Numbered from the stretch's first letter, positions 19,086 through 27,953 are shown. The stretch is DNA of 32,054 nt from Candidatus Caenarcanales bacterium (GCA_947489925.1 CANLFK010000003.1:1-32054), one strand, 5' to 3'. A program made the numbers and translations. The notes: generated by a model from the letters alone, not told the origin.

Positions 19086-19946
19086 ATGAAAATAAGTGAA
19101 TTAAATGATTTAGTAAAAGAATTCCTTGAATTTCACAATTTAAAGTTCAACTCTCAGAGAGCTTATAAAACGGATTTGAAATTTTTTATTGAATTTATTG
19201 TCTCAGAAAAAACAGAATTAGAAAATTTAAAACGAAAAGATTTATTAAATTGGTTAAAAAATTATAATTCAAGGGTTTCTAATCGGCGTGGAGTGAATAT
19301 TCGTAAATTTTTACTATGGCTAAAAAAAGAAAAACAAATACTTATACCCGAAGAATTTAGTTTACCTTGGCAATTTACTGATCCACAGCCCGTAAAACCA
19401 GACCAAACCGCTGATTTAACTGAAGATGAAATTAATAGTTTGTTTACTAATCGCTATTTAAGCCTAAACAAAAAAGCCATTTTAATTTTATTGCTTAATA
19501 CAGCCGCTCCAATTGAGAATTTGGCAACTTTGACTTGGCAAGATATTTGCTTGGATAAATTATCATATTTAAAGCTTGGATCAGACGGCAATGAAAGAAT
19601 TATTAGCCTCGAAAAACCAATTGTTAATTTGCTAAAAGAATTAAAAGAAAAAAATAATCAAGCCTCTCATGAATTTGTTTTTTGCCAAGAAAATACTGCT
19701 GAGCCGATTAATGCTCCTTACTTGGCTATTTTAATTAAAAGAAGTTTGCAAAAAGCCCTTAATAAAAATATTTCCGCCACTCAATTACAGGAATTAGCCC
19801 AAAAAAGACTAACCGAAAAATATAAATTGCCCATTGCTTTAAATATTTTAGGTCTGAAAAAAGCTCACAGTATTTTAACTTCCTCGCCAGATAGTCAAAT
19901 TGATTTAGTCAAATTAAAAAATATTCATCAGTCAGCTTTTGCATAA
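19086..19946 (+). CDS. XerC/XerD-like tyrosine-recombinase homolog, apparently catalytically inactive
   Basis: Core-binding-like N-terminus (NSQRAYKTDLKFFIEF, NRRGVNIRKFLLWL), LTEDEINSLF, box I-like AILILLLNTAAPIENLATLTWQDI, GNERIISL and box II-like ISATQLQE...ILGL. The catalytic R/K/H/R/H/Y positions are not conserved. Confidence 0.75.
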   Translation: MKISELNDLVKEFLEFHNLKFNSQRAYKTDLKFFIEFIVSEKTELENLKRKDLLNWLKNYNSRVSNRRGVNIRKFLLWLKKEKQILIPEEFSLPWQFTDPQPVKPDQTADLTEDEINSLFTNRYLSLNKKAILILLLNTAAPIENLATLTWQDICLDKLSYLKLGSDGNERIISLEKPIVNLLKELKEKNNQASHEFVFCQENTAEPINAPYLAILIKRSLQKALNKNISATQLQELAQKRLTEKYKLPIALNILGLKKAHSILTSSPDSQIDLVKLKNIHQSAFA

Positions 19947-20512
19947 GCTTCATAAACCTCGGCTGGTAATAAATAACGATAAGCCGCTTTTTCAGCCTTT
20001 AATTGCCGAATTAAACTAGATGAAATTGGTAAAGGTAAATTATTTAGCCAAGCCCAATTAAAACCCAAATTATTTAAACTTTTTTCTTTTGTTTCTGCTT
20101 CAGGTTGATAATTTGGTCTTTTAGCAACTAAAAATTCACAAATATCTTTGATTTCATCAATGCAATGCCAAGTTGATAAACTTAAAAAACTGTCTAAGCC
20201 CAAAATCATTTTAATTTTTTTTACTTTATATTCAGCTTGAATTTCTTTTAGGCTAAAAATTGTATAAGAAATATCTCTGTCTAATTCACGCAAATCAAGT
20301 TTAAAGTTTTTATTAGTTTTCAAAGCTATGTCTAAAAGCTTAATTCTATGCTCTAGGCTTAATGAATTATTTTGATTTAATTTATTGGGCGGATTAGGTG
20401 AAAGTATAAAGACGATTTTATCTAAATTAAATTGAAGCAAAGCAGTCTCTGCCAGCATAAGATGACCAATATGGACTGGACTAAAACTGCCGGGGAAAAT
20501 CGCTATATTCAC
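19928..20512 (-). CDS. nadD: Nicotinate-nucleotide adenylyltransferase
   Basis: IFPGSFSPVHIGH, SYTI, ILGLDSF..L..W and ISSSLIR. GTG start; 3' end overlaps the Xer-like gene by 19 bp. Confidence 0.93.
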   Translation of the reverse strand: MNIAIFPGSFSPVHIGHLMLAETALLQFNLDKIVFILSPNPPNKLNQNNSLSLEHRIKLLDIALKTNKNFKLDLRELDRDISYTIFSLKEIQAEYKVKKIKMILGLDSFLSLSTWHCIDEIKDICEFLVAKRPNYQPEAETKEKSLNNLGFNWAWLNNLPLPISSSLIRQLKAEKAAYRYLLPAEVYEAYAKAD

Positions 20513-20515
20513 TAA

Positions 20516-20716
20516 TTACTCAATTGAAACAACTTCTAAGTTTTCATTATAGGTATAAACTTTGCTCTCATCTTCGTCCGAAAATTTCTTATGTGAGCCA
20601 TCACAAAAAGGTTGTGGATCTTCTTCATTCCATTTTTTGGATAAACCACAACGACAAATCCATTTTTCGCCCACTTTTAAAGGGGTTTTGGATTTTAATA
20701 TTACTTTGCGAGCCAT
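20516..20716 (-). CDS. CDGSH iron-sulfur domain protein
   Basis: CRCGLSK...PFCDGSH motif. Confidence 0.9.
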   Translation of the reverse strand: MARKVILKSKTPLKVGEKWICRCGLSKKWNEEDPQPFCDGSHKKFSDEDESKVYTYNENLEVVSIE

Positions 20717-20878
20717 GAGAATTATTATTTATAAGGTATATTTTGGTAATTTTAAAATAAATTTTAGAACTAATGTACAAAATAAAAATCTTTAACTTAA
20801 AAGTTTTATCAATGAATTTTATAAACCTTGTCGAAAAACATTAGCAATTCCATCAGTTAAAGAGCCACCCGAAGTATT

Positions 20879-21616
20879 TTAATTATTCAGATGAAATCCG
20901 CCGCCACCGCTTCTTTCGGGTATAATTATTTTGCTACCAATCCAAGCTGTAAAAGCTGATGAATTTCGAGAACAAACATAAACCTTACCATTCCCAGAAA
21001 AGCGATTACTAATTCCTTCACCAGAAGTAACACTATTAATCATATCTCCCAAAAAACCTCCACCCTGTGAAGTGGACAAAGTTAATTTATAACTCAAATT
21101 GCTGTCCCAAGCGACCACATGAGCATTATCAACAATAATATCATTTCCAGCCGTAACATCTAAGCCAAAAATAGAACCAAAGCCAGCCACAACTAATTGC
21201 CCACTTCCGCTTGTTTCCATCACAACAAAGCCACCTGTTCCACCAAATAAAGCTTGCCCAATATTTTGCATTTTTATTTTCAAATCAACTGCCCCAGTAG
21301 AAGCGACAAAAGCACCATCATTTAAAATATATTGTTTTTGTCCAATTTCAAGTATTTCTAATGAACCAGGTAAAGTTGGAGCTAATAAAACATCGCCAGC
21401 ACCACGATTTGCTTCAATATGTTGCTGAAAAAATGACTCTCCATTTGTAAATTTACGAGCTAAAGCAGAAAGAAAACCGCCATTCATTTTTCCTTTTAAG
21501 TCTAAAGTGGCATCCATAGTTACCATTGCACCAGATTCACAAAATATTTTTTCGCCTTGTTGCATTGAAATATGAATAAAAGGATCAAATTCTCCAGTAA
21601 TTGTAAGTTTTGGCAT
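20879..21616 (-). CDS. AIM24/TIGR00266-family protein
   Basis: ESGAMVTM, GESFF, LFGGTGGF, VDNAHVVAWD and SGEGISNRFSGNGKVYVCSRN. Confidence 0.9.
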   Translation of the reverse strand: MPKLTITGEFDPFIHISMQQGEKIFCESGAMVTMDATLDLKGKMNGGFLSALARKFTNGESFFQQHIEANRGAGDVLLAPTLPGSLEILEIGQKQYILNDGAFVASTGAVDLKIKMQNIGQALFGGTGGFVVMETSGSGQLVVAGFGSIFGLDVTAGNDIIVDNAHVVAWDSNLSYKLTLSTSQGGGFLGDMINSVTSGEGISNRFSGNGKVYVCSRNSSAFTAWIGSKIIIPERSGGGGFHLNN

Positions 21617-21712
21617 TTTATTTTTATAGGTTAAGCGGCTGATTAAATCAATAACTATTTAAAATATACCAAAAAAGCTTTTTCATTTCACAAAACTTAA
21701 AATTTAAAAAAT

Positions 21713-21785
21713 CGCGCTTGGCAGGACTCGAACCTGCGGCCAACCACTTAGAAGGCGGTTGCTCTATCCACTGAGCTACAAGCGC
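21713..21785 (-). tRNA. tRNA-Arg(UCU)
   Basis: Cloverleaf GCGCTTG TA GCTC AGTGGATA GAGC A ACCGC CTTCTAA GTGGT TGGCC GCAGG TTCGAGT CCTGC CAAGCGC G. CCA not encoded. Confidence 0.96.
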
Positions 21786-21801
21786 TTGATATTGTATTAA
21801 A

Positions 21802-21874
21802 TGCACTCGGTGCGGATCGAACGCACGACCCTTGGCTTCGGAGACCAATACTCTATCCACTGAGCTACGAGTGC
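21802..21874 (-). tRNA. tRNA-Arg(CCG)
   Basis: Cloverleaf GCACTCG TA GCTC AGTGGATA GAGT A TTGGT CTCCGAA GCCAA GGGTC GTGCG TTCGATC CGCAC CGAGTGC A. CCA not encoded. Confidence 0.95.
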
Positions 21875-21953
21875 ATAATATTAGCAAGTATCTTAGCTTA
21901 TTTGCCAAATAAAATTAAATTTAAATTACAAATTTTCACTTTTACCTTATTAA

Positions 21954-23078
21954 TCAAATTCCTATTTTGTTTAAATTTCCATCATAGCCAGTTAATTCTA
22001 AATAGCCTTGTCCAATCTTTTTACCGTTTAAGCGGTCTGTAACACTAACTGCTCCTTCCCAATAATTAACTTGTTCTACTACTTCTTGATTAATCATTTT
22101 AGGTCTAACTTTTAAAGCTAAGCCTAAATCTGGAATAATGATTTCCCAAATTAGAGGATAAATTGCTTTGCTTTTTTTACTTTGCCAATTAGCATTCTTT
22201 TTTGGTTTTAAAAAAAAGTCTTTTTGGTTTAAATGTTTGACTTTTCCTTCCCGTGAAATATAAGTACCATTTGAAAAACTAGATATTTTATTATTTTTTT
22301 CTCGAAGGCGATAAAGCATTAAGGCCGATCCATCATTAAATTGCAGGCTAAACCAATCCCAACCAACTTGATTATTTTGTAATTGATTAGACCCAAATTC
22401 ATGATCCATCCAGCTTTTACCAGTTACTTCGTATATTTGCGAATTAATAGTAATTTGACCTTTAGTTTTTAAATTAGTTAATGAATAATAATGACTTGCA
22501 CAACTTGCACAATTTCCTTTACGGCTTATATTCTCTCCAGGTACGCCATGAATAACTGGTGATTGCGAAGTTTGTAAGTTTAAATTGATCTCAATATCTT
22601 TATCTTGTGCTTTTAATATATGAGTTTTTCCATTATCTTCTAGCTTAACTGACCAAGTTTTATTCCAAATTAAATTCTTTTTAGCCTCAATACCAGCCAT
22701 TTGCAAAAAATCACGATTAATTTTACTAAAATGTTTAAATTCATTATTTTTCAAATCACTTAAAGCAAAATGAGCAATATAAATTGGCTTTGCTAAAGGT
22801 TTAAAGCTAACTTTAAAAAAGGTTAATTCATAACCGAATTCTTTATTACCTTGTTTAGACCTCAAATTGCCCGTATAATACCACCACTCTAAAGCATAAT
22901 TAGCGTGCGAAAAATGATCTTTAGGAAAAGAAAACTGATAATTTGGCTTAGCAATTAAAAATTCAGTTTGAGTTATTTGTTTGGATTTAATATTTTCTTT
23001 TTTGCTTATTGAATAAACGGTATTACTGCCCAAAAGTACAATTATTAAATAAAATGTTAAAAGTAAAGATTTATTCAT
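21954..23078 (-). CDS. Secreted lipocalin-like protein (CrtC/AttH-like hydrolase/hydratase family)
   Basis: Signal-peptide-like N-terminus; FPKDHFSH, EWWYYTGNL, SWMDHEF, GWDWFSLQ, YWEGAV and GYLELTGY. Confidence 0.88.
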   Translation of the reverse strand: MNKSLLLTFYLIIVLLGSNTVYSISKKENIKSKQITQTEFLIAKPNYQFSFPKDHFSHANYALEWWYYTGNLRSKQGNKEFGYELTFFKVSFKPLAKPIYIAHFALSDLKNNEFKHFSKINRDFLQMAGIEAKKNLIWNKTWSVKLEDNGKTHILKAQDKDIEINLNLQTSQSPVIHGVPGENISRKGNCASCASHYYSLTNLKTKGQITINSQIYEVTGKSWMDHEFGSNQLQNNQVGWDWFSLQFNDGSALMLYRLREKNNKISSFSNGTYISREGKVKHLNQKDFFLKPKKNANWQSKKSKAIYPLIWEIIIPDLGLALKVRPKMINQEVVEQVNYWEGAVSVTDRLNGKKIGQGYLELTGYDGNLNKIGI

Positions 23079-23208
23079 TTGTCGGAATCAAAGCTTTTTA
23101 TTAACGAATTTCACTGATTATAAAAGAAATTAAAAAAGTGTTGTATAAAAGTTAATTTAGTATTAATATGAAATTAAGACCTTTAATAAATCTTTATAAA
23201 AAACAATT

Positions 23209-23565
23209 ATGAGTTCAATATCAAGCGGATTCAAAATGAGTAATATGGCTGGTGATTCTAATGGTAATCAAAACTTTTTTATGGGCGGAGATCAAGAACC
23301 AGAAGAACAGGAAGAACAAGAGCCTGAATCTAATGAAAATAGTGCTTTAGCCATTGCTGATCCTTTAACAGTAGCCGAAGCAACTCATGCTAGGCAATAT
23401 TGGGAAAAATTTATTGCTGATAATAATTCTCTCAGTCATTCTTATTCACCATGGCAAGTTCCTCCTATGCAAAATTTGAAAGAAAGAGGACGCAAAGATG
23501 TTATTGTAACTTCCGCTAAAGCTAAATCTAAAAATCCTTTTTATCAATTTTCGGTAAATGCTTAA
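23209..23565 (+). CDS. Hypothetical protein with acidic low-complexity N-terminus
   Basis: 118-aa ORF containing DQEPEEQEEQEPESNE; overlaps the M23 gene start by 8 bp. Confidence 0.7.
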   Translation: MSSISSGFKMSNMAGDSNGNQNFFMGGDQEPEEQEEQEPESNENSALAIADPLTVAEATHARQYWEKFIADNNSLSHSYSPWQVPPMQNLKERGRKDVIVTSAKAKSKNPFYQFSVNA

Positions 23566-24475
23566 AAGAGTAAAATTTGGTCTAATTCTTTTATTGATAA
23601 TTAATTTGCTTTCTGTTTGGTCAGCTCAGGCGGCTTTATGGATTAATCCTTTATCTGTTAAACAGGGCGAAATAGTTTTAGTTAAAGGGCTTTATTATAA
23701 TTTTGGTAATGCTTATTCAATGCTTTCTGATTGTCAAATTGCTTTTGAAGGAAAAAATTATTTATTTGCTCGAGAAATTGTAGATTTTCAGGGCTTTGAG
23801 TCTTCGGGTGGAACATATGGCTTTCAGTATACTTCTCGAATTCCAACTACTCCTTTGACCAAATTAGGAGATTTACCTTTAACTTTGAAATGCCCTTTGG
23901 GTCAAGAAAAATTTAGCTTAAAGGTTTTATCTGGTAATTTTCCTGTGCAAAATATTGTTTTAACTTCCAGTAAAAATTCTTTAAGTGCGACTGAAAAAGA
24001 AACTAATGCGGTTAAAAATGCCATTAATACTTTTACACCATTTAAATTATGGGATTCAAATAAGCCTTGGTTAGCTCCAAATAAAGCCAGACTTTCTTCA
24101 CTTTATGGCTTGCGTAGAACTTATAATGGAGTTTTAGCCCAAAATTATTTTCATAAAGGTTTAGACTTTGCCGCTTTTACGGGTAATCCAATTACTGCTC
24201 CAGCCAAAGGAAAAGTTATTTTATTAGGTAAAGAAAAAGAAGGCTTTGCGGTACATGGAAATTGTTTATTTATTGATCATGGGCAAGGAATTATTAGCGG
24301 ATATTTACACTTATCTGAATTTAATGTTATTGAAGGGCAAATAGTTGAAGCTGGAGAAGTTTTAGGAAAAGTTGGTGAATCTGGAATTGCAACAGGACCA
24401 CATTTGCATTTTGGGGTATATGTTAATGGAGAGAATGTTAATCCAGATAATTGGTTAAAATTTGCAATTCCTTAA
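23558..24475 (+). CDS. Secreted M23-family metallopeptidase
   Basis: Signal peptide; HKGLD, IDHGQG, SGYLHL and ATGPHLHF motifs. Confidence 0.93.
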   Translation: MLKRVKFGLILLLIINLLSVWSAQAALWINPLSVKQGEIVLVKGLYYNFGNAYSMLSDCQIAFEGKNYLFAREIVDFQGFESSGGTYGFQYTSRIPTTPLTKLGDLPLTLKCPLGQEKFSLKVLSGNFPVQNIVLTSSKNSLSATEKETNAVKNAINTFTPFKLWDSNKPWLAPNKARLSSLYGLRRTYNGVLAQNYFHKGLDFAAFTGNPITAPAKGKVILLGKEKEGFAVHGNCLFIDHGQGIISGYLHLSEFNVIEGQIVEAGEVLGKVGESGIATGPHLHFGVYVNGENVNPDNWLKFAIP

Positions 24476-24482
24476 AATAAAG

Positions 24483-25358
24483 ATGAGAAAATTACTTTTT
24501 GTTTTTTTGTTTTTTAATTCGGTTTCCGCCTTGGCAAATATTAATCCTTGGGCAAATGATCCTTTGGCAAAAATAAATTTATTTAATGATTCTGGTTCAA
24601 AAGCTGAAGATGAAAATACAAATACCAATAAAATCCCAGAAATTAAATGTGAAATACCCAAAGTTTGCCCAGTTTGTGAAATTAGTGAAGAATGGCCATT
24701 AGATTTAAATGGTGATGATTTGGCTGAGAGAGCGGAAAAACGGATTTGTAAATCAAATAATGAATTTGGTAATAATGTTTTTTTTGGCAATAAAGCTAAT
24801 ATCAGCCAGCTAATTGAAAAACCAATTGAAATTATTATTATTTATGATAGCCAAATGAAGCCTTTAATTTATAAAGCTAATAATACTGACTGCAAAAACA
24901 ATAAACAAATTACTTATAGTCGCTTTGAGAGAACAGACTTTAATAATGATAAATTAGACGAATTATTTATTGTCGAACATGACTATATTGAAAACACTGA
25001 TTCAGTCAAGATTTTGGGCTATGATTTTAGAGTCAATAATATTGTTAATTTGCCAATTATTGAATATGAAGATGATTTGAGTGAAATAATTAATGGAGAT
25101 ACACAAAATGGTAAAGTCAAATTCTTAAAATCAAATACAAATTCTTTTTCTTTACTTTGGGAAAACAATACTGGAGAGCAAGCTCAAATTAATTATTATC
25201 AAGATTCGTCCGACAAAACTTTTTATCCAGTTGAAATTAAAAACTTAAATCATCAAATTGCTTATAAATCCAAGCTAAGCTCAAGTTCAAATCCGAACCC
25301 AAAATCGAATGAAAAAACTAAAATAACCAATGAATTCGGTATTGAAATTATAAATTAA
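24483..25358 (+). CDS. Secreted hypothetical protein with DxNxD (FG-GAP/Ca-binding-like) motifs
   Basis: Likely start MRKLLFVFLFFNSVSALA (signal peptide; the ORF track starts at 24462). Contains DLNGDDLAE, DFNNDKLDE and CPVC. Confidence 0.7.
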   Translation: MRKLLFVFLFFNSVSALANINPWANDPLAKINLFNDSGSKAEDENTNTNKIPEIKCEIPKVCPVCEISEEWPLDLNGDDLAERAEKRICKSNNEFGNNVFFGNKANISQLIEKPIEIIIIYDSQMKPLIYKANNTDCKNNKQITYSRFERTDFNNDKLDELFIVEHDYIENTDSVKILGYDFRVNNIVNLPIIEYEDDLSEIINGDTQNGKVKFLKSNTNSFSLLWENNTGEQAQINYYQDSSDKTFYPVEIKNLNHQIAYKSKLSSSSNPNPKSNEKTKITNEFGIEIIN

Positions 25359-25640
25359 TGTGAGTTCGATGAAAAGAAAATCTGAAAATGCTGATTGAAG
25401 CGAAACTTTGAAGCAATCACAATTGCAAGTCTCTCGCTAAAGAATTTTGTCTTTTCACCCCCAACCCCCTGAAAGTGGGCTATTAGAGAGTGGAGTTGGG
25501 AATTTAGACCTTGAAGACAGAAAATTTCAAACAGATTTATTGAGTGTCCCCTTCGGGGAATGGCTTAAGCCTAGGGGGCTAAGACTTGAATTCTTGAGAA
25601 GCTTTTTGTGTTTTTTATCTGTCGAACTCACATTAATTTA
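25351..25640. mobile_element. Putative MITE (290 bp) with perfect 19-bp terminal inverted repeats
   Basis: TAAATTAATGTGAGTTCGA (25351-25369) and TCGAACTCACATTAATTTA (25622-25640) are exact reverse complements. The interior is GC-richer with C-run/G-run mini-hairpins such as TCCCCTTCGGGGA. No transposase present. Confidence 0.7.
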
Positions 25641-26519
25641 AGCTTCAAGAGACAAATACACTTTTCCTGAACCACTAAAACGAACCAAATTTCCTTCATC
25701 ATCATTTTTGGCTTCATCTAGTAATAAATCTCCTGTCCAAAAAACTATTTGAGAAGTTTCTATTTCTACCGAATTATTTGGAAATACTTCTAATTCATAA
25801 AAAGAGTCGCATTCGAGTAAGGCAATCGCTTTATTTAGTCTTAATTCGGTATAAGTTACTAAGTTAAAAGCTTTATTTTTAATTGGTGGAGATATTTCAA
25901 AAGTCCCCATTAAGGCTTGAAGATAAGCAATATTATTATTAGGCAAATATAACTTTTCATGCCTAAAGCTTTTGAGTCCCAAAATATTATTATTAGTGGC
26001 TAATCTTAAGCTACCCAAACCTTTGACTTCAGTCATCACAAAAGATTCGCCAGTTACTTGACTTTTAATAAAACCGCTAACTCCTCCACTTCTAACGCCA
26101 TAATATTCAACTGTCATTTTAGGATTTTGTTGTTTATAAGCCAAGCTACCAGGCAAAATTAATAATTGAGTATTTTCTTCTTTCTTTATAATTTCGGCTG
26201 AATAAACCTCAGACTGCTTATTTTTAAAGCGGAAAATAGAAATATGATTTTTACCAAAAGCCAATTCAGAAACTAATTGCATTCTCACACCAAACGAATT
26301 ATTGCTAGCTGGTAAATCTTTTATTTGATTTTGATTAAGATTCTGATTTTGGCTTTGAGACCGTTCTTTCAGAATTTGCGGTAAACTATTATTTTCAATA
26401 GAAGGTGATTGCACAATTATTTGATCATTAATAAGTTCTTGAATAGCTTCTAACTCTTTTGTTGATAGTTCAATATCTGTATTAGTTTTCTGCTGAGCTG
26501 TTTGAAAATTTATATCCAT
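25638..26519 (-). CDS. Divergent AIM24-like protein with N-terminal low-complexity extension
   Basis: PGSLAY, GGVSGFIKSQVTGESFVMTEVKGLGSLRLA, IVFWTG and EGNLVRFSGSGKVYLS parallel the AIM24 motifs of 20879..21616. Confidence 0.65.
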   Translation of the reverse strand: MDINFQTAQQKTNTDIELSTKELEAIQELINDQIIVQSPSIENNSLPQILKERSQSQNQNLNQNQIKDLPASNNSFGVRMQLVSELAFGKNHISIFRFKNKQSEVYSAEIIKKEENTQLLILPGSLAYKQQNPKMTVEYYGVRSGGVSGFIKSQVTGESFVMTEVKGLGSLRLATNNNILGLKSFRHEKLYLPNNNIAYLQALMGTFEISPPIKNKAFNLVTYTELRLNKAIALLECDSFYELEVFPNNSVEIETSQIVFWTGDLLLDEAKNDDEGNLVRFSGSGKVYLSLEA

Positions 26520-26735
26520 AATTAAAAATTTAGCTTAATTAAAATCAAAATCAGTTATTTAAAACATAATTCCCAAAATATTAAAATTTGCGTTCAGGTA
26601 ATTAGTCTAATTAACCAAGAAAAACCTAAAATTTTAGAACTAAAAATCGTATTTCAGATTGTTTATTGTAAATCTTTTAAATAAAGCTTTTTTTTAAGGT
26701 GGCTTTAAGTTAAAATTAATTTCTGTTATTTATTT

Positions 26736-26810
26736 GCGGATGTAATTCAGTGGTAGAATGTCAGCCTTCCAAGCTGAACGTCGTGGGTTCGAGTCCCATC
26801 GTCCGCTCCA
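26736..26810 (+). tRNA. tRNA-Gly(UCC)
   Basis: GCGGATG TA ATTC AGTGGTA GAAT G TCAGC CTTCCAA GCTGA ACGTC GTGGG TTCGAGT CCCAT CGTCCGC T CCA. U73 discriminator; CCA encoded. Confidence 0.97.
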
Positions 26811-26825
26811 GATTAAAATTGTAAA

Positions 26826-27953
26826 ATGCAAATTCCCTTTATAAACTTAAGAGTAGAGCCAGACTTCAATCCAAAAGTTAAAACTCGATGGGAACAATCC
26901 TTAGAAAAAAGCCAATTTATTGCTGGTGAAGCCCTAATTGAATTAAATCATAAAATATTAGACTTTACAAAAGCGAAAAACTTTATTGCTTGTGCTAATG
27001 GAACTGATGCTTTGCAAATTGCCTTGAGAGCGGTTGGAGTTGGTATTAATGATTGTGTTTTATTGCCAGATTTTACTTTTTGGGCAACATATGAAGCGGT
27101 AATTAATGTTGGTGCTAGACCCGTGATGGTTGATATTTGCCCTCAAGATTTTCAGATGGACTTTGATTTGTTTTTAATTGCCATTGAAAAATATTCTCCG
27201 AAAGCCATTATTTTGGTGCATTTATATGGTTGGTGTTCAATTCGTTTGGCAGAATTTAGAGAATTTTGTAAAGTAAAAAATATTTATTTAATCGAAGATG
27301 GAGCTCAAGCAATAGGTTCTTTTTATCAGGGAAAACCGATTTTTGAAAATGCTTTTATTGCTACCACTTCTTTTTATCCAGCTAAAGTTTTAGGAGCAGC
27401 TGGTGATGGTGGTGGGATTTTTACCAATAATGCTGAAATTGCTCAAATCTGTACACAATTATCTAATCATGGTCGCAGTTCACATTATGGACATCAATTC
27501 GTTGGCTGGAATTCTCGTTTAGATGAAGTTCAAGCTCATTATTTAGTTGTGGCTTTAGATTATTTGGCTTTGCGGATTGAATCGAGAAAAAATAGCGAAA
27601 AAAAATATTTAGAATTTCAATCTAATTTTGCAAGTAATAAAGTTTTACCTTTAGAAATGAAAGCCGCTCCATCAGAGATTAATAGTAATGGTTATTTACA
27701 AGTTAGTTTGTCAAAAACTTCATATAAAGAATTATCAGACCAATTAAAAATAAAGGGCATTAACTGCGGAAATGTATATCCAAGCCCAATGTCTGCTCAA
27801 ATAGGTGCTGGTGAGTTAAATGAATTAGTTACCAAAGACAAAATCACTTATGAAATTTGCAATCGTATAATTAATTTGCCTTTATTTCCTTATATGCACG
27901 ACGAAGAAATTAATTATGTTTGTCAAAGTCTTTCTGATTTATGCAAAACCTAA
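26826..27953 (+). CDS. DegT/DnrJ/EryC1/StrS PLP-dependent sugar aminotransferase
   Basis: ANGTDALQIAL, VHLYG, IEDGAQAIG, SFYPAKVLGAAGDGG (PLP lysine) and GWNSRLDEVQA. Confidence 0.95.
   Translation: MQIPFINLRVEPDFNPKVKTRWEQSLEKSQFIAGEALIELNHKILDFTKAKNFIACANGTDALQIALRAVGVGINDCVLLPDFTFWATYEAVINVGARPVMVDICPQDFQMDFDLFLIAIEKYSPKAIILVHLYGWCSIRLAEFREFCKVKNIYLIEDGAQAIGSFYQGKPIFENAFIATTSFYPAKVLGAAGDGGGIFTNNAEIAQICTQLSNHGRSSHYGHQFVGWNSRLDEVQAHYLVVALDYLALRIESRKNSEKKYLEFQSNFASNKVLPLEMKAAPSEINSNGYLQVSLSKTSYKELSDQLKIKGINCGNVYPSPMSAQIGAGELNELVTKDKITYEICNRIINLPLFPYMHDEEINYVCQSLSDLCKT

Noticed and set aside
19086-19946. Calling the Xer-like ORF a pseudogene or prophage integrase
   Set aside because: The ORF is full length with no stops or frameshifts, and no phage genes or att-like repeats were seen nearby.
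21648-21908. 86-aa ORF in the track
   Set aside because: It spans two well-formed tRNA-Arg genes on the same strand, so it is a spurious reading frame.
25447-25641. 64-aa ORF
   Set aside because: Lies within the MITE-like element, has a TTG start and no transposase motifs.
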